Under the pieces are notes generated by a model. It ran no database searches, had not been told where the DNA came from, and saw only the letters and a list, made by a program, of their open reading frames with translations. Position numbers and translations under genes: made by a program. A stretch of 64,000 bases of DNA from a phage: NCBI GenBank assembly GCA_012490745.1, contig GCA_012490745.1_3925.1; one strand, 5' to 3'. How positions within the stretch are numbered: the stretch's first letter is position 1; each line of letters starts with the position of its first letter. Shown in pieces: positions 10,445 to 18,969 of the stretch.

Positions 10445-10740
10445 GTAAAACAATTCGAAGAAAAGGTTTGAAGAACGTTCATGGACTCTATGAGTGGAGA
10501 AATGAGGTACATAACAGAGAAAATGCTTCAGATGTCTACTTCCATTCTGATATGATGTCCAGAAAAGGTGGCTCTTATGACTTCACAAGCCAGCCTTGTA
10601 GAGAGATTAAGGAGGCTACTAAACGTCTTACAAGAACACAAATCAGGCAGCTTTCTAAGACATCCTTCTTAGATGAAGACTTTGACATTGATAGTAAGTC
10701 TCCAAAGAAAGCCGCTAAGAACACTTATATGTATTGGTGA
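10441..10740 (+). CDS. hypothetical protein
   Basis: ORF, ATGA overlap with upstream gene. Confidence 0.4.
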   Translation: MSKTIRRKGLKNVHGLYEWRNEVHNRENASDVYFHSDMMSRKGGSYDFTSQPCREIKEATKRLTRTQIRQLSKTSFLDEDFDIDSKSPKKAAKNTYMYW

Positions 10741-10749
10741 GGTAACTAG

Positions 10750-11235
10750 ATGAATTACATGGAGATTCGACCATTTGACACAGCTAATGGTGAAGGGGTT
10801 CGTGTAAGCCTCTTCGTAGCTGGTTGTAAGCATCACTGTGAAGGCTGCTTTAACAGGGAGTCTTGGAAGTTTAATGCCGGTAAAGTGTTTACTTATGCAA
10901 ACCTCTACGGCATCATTAAGTTAATGGATGATAATGCCATCAGTGGGCTGTCAATACTTGGTGGAGAACCTCTGGATGATAGAAACATTCAAGAGGTTAC
11001 CAACATATGCAAACGTATTAAAACCGTTTACCCAGAAAAATCTATCTGGCTCTGGACAGGTTTTCAGTTACATGAAAAAATTCACCTTGATGTGATGAAA
11101 TATGTTGACGTGGTGATTGATGGTAAGTATGATTCATCTAAACCAACAGTTAAACCATATCGTGGTTCTGATAACCAAAACCTCTGGAGAAAAGAGTATG
11201 GGTGGCAAGGTGATTGTCAGTGGAGAGCAGAGTGA
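10750..11235 (+). CDS. nrdG: anaerobic RNR activating protein (radical SAM)
   Basis: 161 aa; CKHHCEGC matches the CxxxCxxC radical-SAM cluster motif; follows nrdD. Confidence 0.8.
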   Translation: MNYMEIRPFDTANGEGVRVSLFVAGCKHHCEGCFNRESWKFNAGKVFTYANLYGIIKLMDDNAISGLSILGGEPLDDRNIQEVTNICKRIKTVYPEKSIWLWTGFQLHEKIHLDVMKYVDVVIDGKYDSSKPTVKPYRGSDNQNLWRKEYGWQGDCQWRAE

Positions 11236-11331
11236 TTATTCTGGCAAATGGACTAAGGTATAACTCCAATTGGTATCACTGAAGAAGAACTTCATAAGTT
11301 CTGTATTAAACTTTAATGAGAGAGACTAAAA

Positions 11332-11598
11332 ATGGGAATTTTAGGTAATATGAAAGCTGGATTCTTGAAGGCACTCGAAAAAGCAGCAGCAATTGTTTCT
11401 ATGACTGGAAAGCAGGTCGGTGTAGATGCTTCAGCGGTTGCACAGGTTCTTGCAAGCCAAATTGAACAGCAGCCTTACATCTACGTAGGACGTGGTAAAG
11501 GTGGTAAGAAACAAGCCCACCGCCAATCTGGTGCAGCAGCTATTAAACGAGCAGCTAAGAAAGCTCGTAACCGTAAACGTAACAAGAAGGTTAAATAA
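11332..11598 (+). CDS. hypothetical protein with lysine/arginine-rich tail
   Basis: 88 aa; basic C-terminus (KKARNRKRNKKVK). Confidence 0.4.
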   Translation: MGILGNMKAGFLKALEKAAAIVSMTGKQVGVDASAVAQVLASQIEQQPYIYVGRGKGGKKQAHRQSGAAAIKRAAKKARNRKRNKKVK

Positions 11599-11600
11599 CC

Positions 11601-11921
11601 ATGAGCAAAGTTTATAACACTCGTAAATTACAGATTTTCGTACTGTGCCAGTTTATGGCTAAAGAATACAACTTCTACTATTGTGGTACAGGTTTTATTA
11701 GCGATGATGATGGCTCATACCTCCCATTCAAAGAAGCTGTAAAACTCTTTAATGAAGAGAAAAGCTCTAAGAAAGATATTGAAAAGGTTAAGCTAACCTA
11801 CAGCAAGAAAGATAAGAAGATTATCTGCCTAGATAACTTTGTGAAAGTTACTGGAGAAGCAAAAGAGTTTATGGATGAGAGTGATATTTCATTCACAAGC
11901 ATCTTGAAAGTAGCTCAGTAA
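11601..11921 (+). CDS. hypothetical protein
   Basis: ORF with GTTAAATAACC-ATG coupling. Confidence 0.4.
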   Translation: MSKVYNTRKLQIFVLCQFMAKEYNFYYCGTGFISDDDGSYLPFKEAVKLFNEEKSSKKDIEKVKLTYSKKDKKIICLDNFVKVTGEAKEFMDESDISFTSILKVAQ

Positions 11922-11933
11922 ACAGATACTATA

Positions 11934-11960
11934 AGGGGACTGTAAAGGTTCCCTTTTTAT
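11934..11960 (+). terminator. possible rho-independent terminator
   Basis: Imperfect hairpin AGGGGAC...GTTCCCT followed by TTTTTATTTT. Confidence 0.35.
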
Positions 11961-11972
11961 TTTGGAGGTAAA

Positions 11973-12488
11973 ATGTATCTGTCAAACCTGAAACGTTCGG
12001 TTGCAATATCTGTTCTGAGACTAAGCTTTGAAGAGCGTCAAGAGTTCATTGATTCTCACCAATATGACCCTTCCAATTCCAATCACATGATTCTCTGGAA
12101 CCGTGATAACTTCCGTGAAAGAGCACTTGTCCGTTATTACCCACACTACACAATAGATAACCTGTATGAATGGTGTGTTGTGAAGAACACTATTGCAACA
12201 CTTAACAATCTTTGCAGGTATACAGGCAAGCAAACATTTACACTAGGTCACCACAAGCCTGTTACAAAAGGTGGTGAACATCACTGTGCAAACTGGTTTA
12301 TCCAAACTAAAGCTGATAACCAGAAGCAAGGAGATAGACTCCTAAGCATCCCTAAGATGACCTATGAAGAGCAAGAGAGATATATCAAAAATAATATGCC
12401 AGATGTGCTTGACAACAACTATACAGATTTGGCAATATCTCTCCTGTTGAAGTTCGAGACAGTTTATAGGGCAACTTACAATGGCTAA
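11973..12488 (+). CDS. putative HNH endonuclease
   Basis: GHHKPVTKGGEHHCANWFIQTKADNQKQG resembles an HNH nuclease core; free-standing gene between metabolic genes. Confidence 0.5.
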   Translation: MYLSNLKRSVAISVLRLSFEERQEFIDSHQYDPSNSNHMILWNRDNFRERALVRYYPHYTIDNLYEWCVVKNTIATLNNLCRYTGKQTFTLGHHKPVTKGGEHHCANWFIQTKADNQKQGDRLLSIPKMTYEEQERYIKNNMPDVLDNNYTDLAISLLLKFETVYRATYNG

Positions 12489-12759
12489 AGAAAAGTGGGA
12501 GATTTTACCATTAGTCAGTGAAGGTGGTAATGGTTGTGAGATGTACATGATACGTGGTCATGTTCCAGAACCAATTGCACTTGAGATGGTAAACAACTTT
12601 ACAGATGGTTCTTACAAAGACTTAGGAGAGCCAACTATAAAGCATCAATGGGTAAAGCCTGTACCAGACAGCACAGGTAACTGTAGTGTACTTTACCACG
12701 TTGTAGACCCTGTAAAATGCAAATCTGCAATGGCAGTAACAAACGTAACTTTTGATTGA
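12481..12759 (+). CDS. hypothetical protein
   Basis: ORF. Confidence 0.35.
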   Translation: MAKEKWEILPLVSEGGNGCEMYMIRGHVPEPIALEMVNNFTDGSYKDLGEPTIKHQWVKPVPDSTGNCSVLYHVVDPVKCKSAMAVTNVTFD

Positions 12760-12770
12760 GAGAGAAAACT

Positions 12771-13652
12771 ATGAAAACATCTATCCGTGTCACAATTCAT
12801 TCACCGACTAAAGGAACTCATGAAGAAGAGTTTAACATCATCCAATTCCCTTCTGGTGAGATTGGTGGCCACTTTTCACAAGAGCTTGTTGATTTTACTG
12901 CTTATGCAGCATCATCTATTAACAATGTGGTTATGATTGTAAAGGGTTATGATAAAGACACATTGTTTGCTGTGGCACTTGCTAAAGAAGCAATTGATGA
13001 TTTAATTCCTCATGATTATGCTTTAAAGACTATCATCTTTTACTACTTACCAAATGCACGATATGACCGTCACATGTTTAAAGGCGACGCAGCAGCTTTA
13101 AAGGTTTTTGCTAAACAGGTAAATGCAATGGGATTTGGTGCAGTCTGTGCAGTTGACCCTCACAGTTACGTTCCAGATAACCTGTTTAACTGCTTCCAGA
13201 GTATTCCTCAAAAGGAGATTGCAGTCCACTATGCAAATGACCCACTGGTTGATTACTTAGTGGCCCCAGATGCAGGTGCTGCTAAGAAGATTGTAGAGAC
13301 TGCTAAAGAGGTGGATAAACCATATATCACAATGTCTAAGGTGCGTAACCTTAAGACTGGCGAAATTACTGGTATGCGAATCCTTGACGATGTTGATTTG
13401 ACAGATAAAACCGTCATGATACTGGATGACATTTGCGATGGTGGTAGAACATTTATTGAGGCAGCTAAACATCTTCGTGAAGCAGGTGCAAAACGTGTGG
13501 AACTCTATGTAACACACGGTATCTTCTCTAAAGATGTTGAAAACTTGCTTGACAATGGTATTGACCATATCTACACTACAAACTCTTTAGGGGAAGCTGA
13601 AGACCGTGGCTTAACACATTATAGCCAAGTTACTGTAGCAAACCTTGATTAG
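12771..13652 (+). CDS. PRPP-synthetase-like phosphoribosyl pyrophosphokinase (Prs homolog; possibly ADP-ribose pyrophosphokinase of an NAD+ reconstitution pathway)
   Basis: About 293 aa; type-I PRT PRPP-binding motif VMILDDICDGGRTF; ATG at 12771 with SD (the track start at 12756 is TTG). Confidence 0.75.
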   Translation: MKTSIRVTIHSPTKGTHEEEFNIIQFPSGEIGGHFSQELVDFTAYAASSINNVVMIVKGYDKDTLFAVALAKEAIDDLIPHDYALKTIIFYYLPNARYDRHMFKGDAAALKVFAKQVNAMGFGAVCAVDPHSYVPDNLFNCFQSIPQKEIAVHYANDPLVDYLVAPDAGAAKKIVETAKEVDKPYITMSKVRNLKTGEITGMRILDDVDLTDKTVMILDDICDGGRTFIEAAKHLREAGAKRVELYVTHGIFSKDVENLLDNGIDHIYTTNSLGEAEDRGLTHYSQVTVANLD

Positions 13653-13660
13653 GTAACAGT

Positions 13661-14152
13661 ATGAATAAGGGTTATTTTGAAAGATACCTAATATATGAAC
13701 CAGATACAGGTTTATTAATTTGGAGAGTAACCCTTTGCAGTACCGCTATTGCTGGTAATGTGGCTGGCACAAGGTCTAAGAAGGGTTATATCCAAGTCCA
13801 GATAAATAAGAAGAGGTACTATGCACATAATATTGCATGGATTATGTCTGGAGGTGAGATACCAAGTGGATATGAGATAGACCACATAGACCTTGATAAA
13901 TCTAATAATAAGTTGGAGAATTTAAGACTTAGCACAAAGTCACAAAATCAGAGGAATAGGGGTATATACAAGAATAATAAAACTGGTGTGAAGGGTGTAA
14001 GTTTTTGTAAACAAACAGGTCTTTACAAAGCAAGAGTCATGCTTTACCATAAAGAATACTTTTGTGGAAGATTTAAAACGGTAGAAGAAGCAAAAGAAGC
14101 TGTAATTAAAAAGCGAATAGAACTTCATGGTGAGTTTGCAAGACATAACTAA
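13661..14152 (+). CDS. HNH homing endonuclease with AP2 DNA-binding domain
   Basis: YEIDHIDLDKSNNKLENLRLSTKSQNQRN (HNH_3-type motif) followed by GVKGVSFCKQTGLYKARVMLYHKEYFCGRFKTVEEAKEAV (AP2-like). Inserted between the two NAD-related genes. Confidence 0.8.
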   Translation: MNKGYFERYLIYEPDTGLLIWRVTLCSTAIAGNVAGTRSKKGYIQVQINKKRYYAHNIAWIMSGGEIPSGYEIDHIDLDKSNNKLENLRLSTKSQNQRNRGIYKNNKTGVKGVSFCKQTGLYKARVMLYHKEYFCGRFKTVEEAKEAVIKKRIELHGEFARHN

Positions 14153-14166
14153 GAGAGAGATAAAAT

Positions 14167-15948
14167 ATGAGTAAGTCACTTTACGCAGTACCAGCAGGTC
14201 TTAATGCAGATGCTTACAAGGCATCACATATATATCAGTATCCAGATGCTACGCAATATCTTATGTTGAACCTGACACCACGTAGTGACAAATGGTTTAA
14301 CAGCCCCTTAGCAATTGATGGTGTAGTAGCTTTTGGTATTCAACGTTTTGTTAAAGATTACTTGATAGACCACTGGAATGCTACGTTCTTTGAACGTGAC
14401 AAAAAAGAAGCAATTGACGAAATCTTAGAAGTCATGAATGGTGTTCTGGGCAAAGATGCTATCGGTCGAGAGCATTGGGAAGCACTCCACGATTTAGGTT
14501 ATCTACCAGTTGAAGTATATGCTGTAGAAGAAGGTACAGTTGTCCCGATGCGTGTCCCAATGATTGTCTTCCAGAACACTGTTTCAGGCTTCCATTGGGT
14601 AGCAGGTTATCTGGAAGATGCTTTCTCTGCTGAGATTTGGAAGGCTTGCACCATTGCGACTATTGCATTGCACTACAAACGTATATGTAAGAAGTGGGCT
14701 GACCTTACTTGTGACAACGACCTACATTTACCTTATCAGTGTCACGACTTTGCTATGCGTGGTATGTCCGGCTTTACTGATGACGCATTTAACGCTGTAG
14801 GTCACTTAACCAGCTTTAAAGGAACCGATAGCTTCCCTGCTGTATACACGGCTAAACGCATCTATGGACAGTCTTACCCAATCTCTGATATTGGTAGTTC
14901 TGTACCAGCCACTGAACACTCTGTAATGTGTGCAAACATTGCTTGGGAAGGTGGTAATGAGTTGATTGAAGAAGAAAGACGCTTTAAAGGTGAGTTACAA
15001 ACCTTCCGTCGTTTCTTAACAGAAACTTACCCAACTGGTATTGCAAGTGTTGTTTCAGACACTTATAACTTCTGGAGAACTGTGTCAGAAATTTTACCAG
15101 CACTCCGTAAAGAAATTATGGAACGTGATGGCAAACTGGTAATTCGTCCTGACTCTGGAGACCCTGTACATATTGTCACAGGTTATAAAGCAATCCACTT
15201 AGAATGTGCTAAGAAGGCTTATTACGAGCACCTAAGCAAGCTGGAAGCCAGTGACACAATGTTGAATGCTGTTCTGAACATGAAGCTTGAGAACATCAAC
15301 TATGGTATTGCTGGATGGCTACTGTCAGAAGGCTACGAGATGGTTGTTGACAGAGAAGACTTTGAAGTTGCTGATACAGTGATGTTGAAGAACGCTTATA
15401 TGGTTGGCTCTGCAAACGTTGTAACACGCCCTGTAGCTGAGATTGATGGAGCTATTAAGACACTGTACAACATCTTTGGAGGAACTATTAACTCTAAAGG
15501 TTTTAAGGTACTGGATGAGCACATTGGCCTTATCTATGGCGACTCTATCACGCTGGAACGTGCAAACGAAATCCTGAAGCGTCTGTATGAAATGGGTTTT
15601 GCAAGCTCTAACGTAGTGTTTGGCGTAGGCTCTTACACTTACCAGTACATGACTCGTGACACCTTTGCATTTGCTGTTAAAGCAACTCTTGCAAGCATTG
15701 GTGGTAAAGAGATTATGCTTGCAAAAGACCCTAAAACAGATAGTGGTGTTAAGAAGTCTGCTTTTGGTGGTGTAGCACCTATGTGGGATGGTGATAAGTT
15801 GAAAGCTGTAGATGGCTATGGATTCCAGAGCTTTGCAGATGTACTTGAACATCCAGCTTGTGCTTTACGTTTAGTCTTTAGCGACTCTGAGCAGTTCGGT
15901 TACACAACGCTTGGTGATATTCGAAATAATATTGACAAGCAGCTTTAA
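14167..15948 (+). CDS. nicotinamide phosphoribosyltransferase-like enzyme (NAMPT/NadV family; possibly Namat-type)
   Basis: 593 aa; long NAPRTase-family-like sequence adjacent to the Prs-like gene. The pairing is the classic phage NAD-salvage arrangement. Assignment is by context and overall resemblance, not alignment. Confidence 0.7.
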   Translation: MSKSLYAVPAGLNADAYKASHIYQYPDATQYLMLNLTPRSDKWFNSPLAIDGVVAFGIQRFVKDYLIDHWNATFFERDKKEAIDEILEVMNGVLGKDAIGREHWEALHDLGYLPVEVYAVEEGTVVPMRVPMIVFQNTVSGFHWVAGYLEDAFSAEIWKACTIATIALHYKRICKKWADLTCDNDLHLPYQCHDFAMRGMSGFTDDAFNAVGHLTSFKGTDSFPAVYTAKRIYGQSYPISDIGSSVPATEHSVMCANIAWEGGNELIEEERRFKGELQTFRRFLTETYPTGIASVVSDTYNFWRTVSEILPALRKEIMERDGKLVIRPDSGDPVHIVTGYKAIHLECAKKAYYEHLSKLEASDTMLNAVLNMKLENINYGIAGWLLSEGYEMVVDREDFEVADTVMLKNAYMVGSANVVTRPVAEIDGAIKTLYNIFGGTINSKGFKVLDEHIGLIYGDSITLERANEILKRLYEMGFASSNVVFGVGSYTYQYMTRDTFAFAVKATLASIGGKEIMLAKDPKTDSGVKKSAFGGVAPMWDGDKLKAVDGYGFQSFADVLEHPACALRLVFSDSEQFGYTTLGDIRNNIDKQL

Positions 15949-15960
15949 AAGTATATGATA

Positions 15961-15986
15961 AGAGGCTCCTACGGGAGCCTTTTTAA
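15961..15986 (+). terminator. rho-independent terminator (AGGCTCC-TACG-GGAGCCT + T-run)
   Basis: Perfect 7-bp stem, tetraloop, TTTTT. Confidence 0.7.
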
Positions 15987-16001
15987 TTTCTGGAGAAAAC
16001 T

Positions 16002-16337
16002 ATGAAAATCAAAGAAATGAACATCAACATTGTCTTAGAAGAACGTTGGGAGAACATCAAGAAGACTGAAGATGGTCATAAGTTCCTCAACAAAATTTTA
16101 GTAGCAGCTAAAGAAGAACTGACTGGAAAGGTTGCAGCAGCAATCACAATAAAGGTTTGTGTAAAAGGTCTTCCACAACATCACCAGTTTGCGCTTGACG
16201 AGTTTAAAAAAAGCTTCTACAATCCAAACAAACAGATGCTTGAAAGTAACTTTGCAGTATCTACAAGTATCGTTCATGACAGAAGCTTTATCCTTTACAA
16301 AAACATGAGAGGTGAGTCATGCAAGCATATTGGATAG
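16002..16337 (+). CDS. hypothetical protein
   Basis: ORF with SD GGAGAAAACT. Confidence 0.4.
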   Translation: MKIKEMNINIVLEERWENIKKTEDGHKFLNKILVAAKEELTGKVAAAITIKVCVKGLPQHHQFALDEFKKSFYNPNKQMLESNFAVSTSIVHDRSFILYKNMRGESCKHIG

Positions 16338-16495
16338 AAATTTTACTGTCACTTGGTAGTGTAGCAGTATTTGTCTACCTCCTTTGTAAGTACTTTGCAG
16401 AGCACAAAAAATGTGACTACTGTAATGGAGAGGGGTACATAAGGGCAGGTTGTTGCCCTATGTGTGGTGGTTCTGGTAAAATGTTTAATAAGTAA
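16319..16495 (+). CDS. hypothetical small zinc-ribbon protein (not in supplied ORF track, <60 aa)
   Basis: 58 aa; N-terminal TM segment plus CDYCNGEGYIRAGCCPMCGGSG (CxxC...CxxC); overlaps stop of upstream gene. Confidence 0.3.
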   Translation: MQAYWIEILLSLGSVAVFVYLLCKYFAEHKKCDYCNGEGYIRAGCCPMCGGSGKMFNK

Positions 16496-16523
16496 TTTAA
16501 CAGTAAACTAAGAGGAAAGTATT

Positions 16524-18890
16524 ATGCGCATGGTAAACGACCACGCAGAAGTGATTAAGAGTTCAACTTCTTTAGAGACGTCTCAAGCACAGATTACAAT
16601 GACACCTGAAATGTTCAGCCTTTTGAGTTCCGGTGTATACACATTTAAAGAAAGGGCAGTGATTCGTGAACTGTCATGTAACGCAGTAGATGCTCAAAAA
16701 GAAGCTGGAAAAGAGAACATCCCGTTCCATGTGCATTTACCTACTCGATTTGAGCCTTACTTTGAAGTCCGTGACTTTGGAACTGGTTTAACCCATGACA
16801 AAGTAATGAGTTTGTATCTGAACTATGGGGCTTCTACGAAGAATGACTCTAATGACTACATTGGTGCAATGGGTATCGGCTCAAAGTCACCGTTTGCGAT
16901 TGCTCAGTCATTCACAGTGTCTAGCTATGTTGATGGTGTTGTTAATAAGTACTCTGTTTACCTTGAGAATGGTATTCCTCAAGTAACTAAGCTTACTACT
17001 AACCAAACAAATGAACCTAATGGTTTAGCTGTACGTGTGGCAGTTGCTGACCACCGTATTTCAAAGTTCTTTGAAGAGGCTGGTAATGTATACTCATACT
17101 TTGCTGTAAAACCAGAGAGTAATGTGGAGTATAATGATATATTAGCAGATATGGATGTGATTGCTCGTGAAGAAGGTGTCTATGATGCCATGACTCATAA
17201 GCATAGCTGGCGTTCAAGCAGCAATAGAACAGAGTTTAACGTGGTTATGGGTAATATTGCCTACCCAGTTAATATGGAGGCATTACTTGGTGATGATTTC
17301 TTCAAAGTATTACCAGAATTTTTCCGCAGGAGCATAGACCTTGTAAACATCTACATGCCTATTGGTTCAGTTGCTATTGCAGCTTCTCGTGAAGCATTGC
17401 AGATGAATGACACGACAAAAAATGTTATCATCGAGGCTACTAAAAAGATAACTGAAGCAATTACAAAGGATGTTATCAAGAAAGTTAATAGTCAACCTAC
17501 ACTCATGGATGCTGCACAGGCTTATGCTGAGTTACGCTTGAACTCACGAGAGATGTTTAATGCTGTGTGTCCAAAGCTAGAGTGGGGAGGCGTTAAGCTT
17601 GATTCTCTGGAAGAAGAATTACTAAACATTCGTCGTGGGATTATCTACGCAGAAGACGGCTCAGTCATTTATGAACGTGACGGCAAAGGCAATATTAAGG
17701 TTGACAGCAAAGGAAACAATATCCCTAAAGTTGACTACCTATACAATCCAGTTGCTTATGTCAAGTTCAACTCTTTAGAGAGTAAGATTCGTGCAACAGC
17801 ACTTTCCTACACTCAAGAGGCAAGTATGTTCAATATCTTTGGTGCAATGCGTAAAAGTCAAATTGAACAGTTTTTGTTTGTTATTAATGACCGTCGCAAT
17901 AAAAACGGTACTGAGAAGACTGTAGGCCGCAATCAGATTCTGCGTGGTGCATGTCGAGACTACGCCAGTGAGTCCAGTCTGTTTCACAGATATAATGGCA
18001 TTGTGTTTGTATTCTCGACTGAAAAAGAGTTAGATGATTTAATCAATCTACACAAACTTGATAAAAGCTTGTTAAAGATTGTGAAAATGTCTGATAAGGA
18101 GCACCATTACCAGCGTAAAGAAGCTGTAAGGGGTGTTGTAAAACTCTGGAAAGCTGTTCCAGCAGAAGGTGTAGCTTCCTATAAAGAGGTTTCAGAGGAC
18201 TTTGATACAATTGAAGAGCCTCAGCTTTACATTAAGGCAGTTGGCGACACAGTTGATGGCGAATGTTTTTGCTCATCTCCAGAAGATGTAGCCAAGTCAG
18301 TTGCTAATGTTACAGGGAAGACAGTCTATGTTTTCCGAAAAGCAAATTGGAAAAAGATACCAGAAGACTGGATTGAAGTAGATGAGAAACTCTTGAACGA
18401 CAGCTTAACTGATGTTCATTGGATTAATCATAACAGATATATGACACGCATCTACATGAATGGTGTTCTTGACCTGACAAGCAGTTGGATTATTGCCAGA
18501 AACTTTACGTTCAATAACAGGAAGATTTCTCGTGGCTATTGCTATTCACGGGATACAAACAAAACTATCTTCCTAGAAGGAAATGAAGATGCTGTAGAGG
18601 CAATGTTTGGTAAAATCCAATACGTTGCTGCACCATTTGCATACACTTATACTATTAGTGTATTGAAAACTTTGAAAGACTGTCTTGACAATGATACAAA
18701 GCTTTACAAGAAAATTAAGAAAGCTGGTGACCGTATGGTCATTAAGGTGACAAACTACCTTTCAAAAAGAAAACAAGAAAACTTCTTGCTTTCTCATTTG
18801 GATTGGAATAAAGTGTCACCCATCGAAGTGAGTAAGTTCTTAGGCTTTGATGTAAAATGTGTTCCAGAAGGGACTACAATTTACGATTAA
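16524..18890 (+). CDS. rIIA: rIIA-like protein with GHKL-type ATPase N-terminal domain
   Basis: 788 aa; N-box-like RELSCNAVDA, G1-like VRDFGTGL, G2-like GAMGIGSKS in the order expected for a histidine-kinase-like ATPase fold as found in rIIA. Confidence 0.6.
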   Translation: MRMVNDHAEVIKSSTSLETSQAQITMTPEMFSLLSSGVYTFKERAVIRELSCNAVDAQKEAGKENIPFHVHLPTRFEPYFEVRDFGTGLTHDKVMSLYLNYGASTKNDSNDYIGAMGIGSKSPFAIAQSFTVSSYVDGVVNKYSVYLENGIPQVTKLTTNQTNEPNGLAVRVAVADHRISKFFEEAGNVYSYFAVKPESNVEYNDILADMDVIAREEGVYDAMTHKHSWRSSSNRTEFNVVMGNIAYPVNMEALLGDDFFKVLPEFFRRSIDLVNIYMPIGSVAIAASREALQMNDTTKNVIIEATKKITEAITKDVIKKVNSQPTLMDAAQAYAELRLNSREMFNAVCPKLEWGGVKLDSLEEELLNIRRGIIYAEDGSVIYERDGKGNIKVDSKGNNIPKVDYLYNPVAYVKFNSLESKIRATALSYTQEASMFNIFGAMRKSQIEQFLFVINDRRNKNGTEKTVGRNQILRGACRDYASESSLFHRYNGIVFVFSTEKELDDLINLHKLDKSLLKIVKMSDKEHHYQRKEAVRGVVKLWKAVPAEGVASYKEVSEDFDTIEEPQLYIKAVGDTVDGECFCSSPEDVAKSVANVTGKTVYVFRKANWKKIPEDWIEVDEKLLNDSLTDVHWINHNRYMTRIYMNGVLDLTSSWIIARNFTFNNRKISRGYCYSRDTNKTIFLEGNEDAVEAMFGKIQYVAAPFAYTYTISVLKTLKDCLDNDTKLYKKIKKAGDRMVIKVTNYLSKRKQENFLLSHLDWNKVSPIEVSKFLGFDVKCVPEGTTIYD

Positions 18891-18895
18891 AGTGT

Positions 18896-18925
18896 TTGAC
18901 AAGGGGCTTCAAAGCCCCTTAAAAT
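18896..18925 (+). promoter_or_regulatory. sigma70-like promoter with palindrome in spacer (TTGACA-18-TAAAAT)
   Basis: TTGACA at 18896-18901, 18-nt spacer consisting of palindrome AGGGGCTTCAAAGCCCCT, TAAAAT at 18920-18925. Confidence 0.4.
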
Positions 18926-18969
18926 GGCATCACAAAATGATTTATTAACTAACAAGAGAGAGTAATAAG

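Noticed and set aside
11973-14152. HNH genes as part of a transposon or integrative element
   Set aside because: No integrase, transposase, or flanking attachment or direct repeats were found; free-standing homing endonucleases explain them better.
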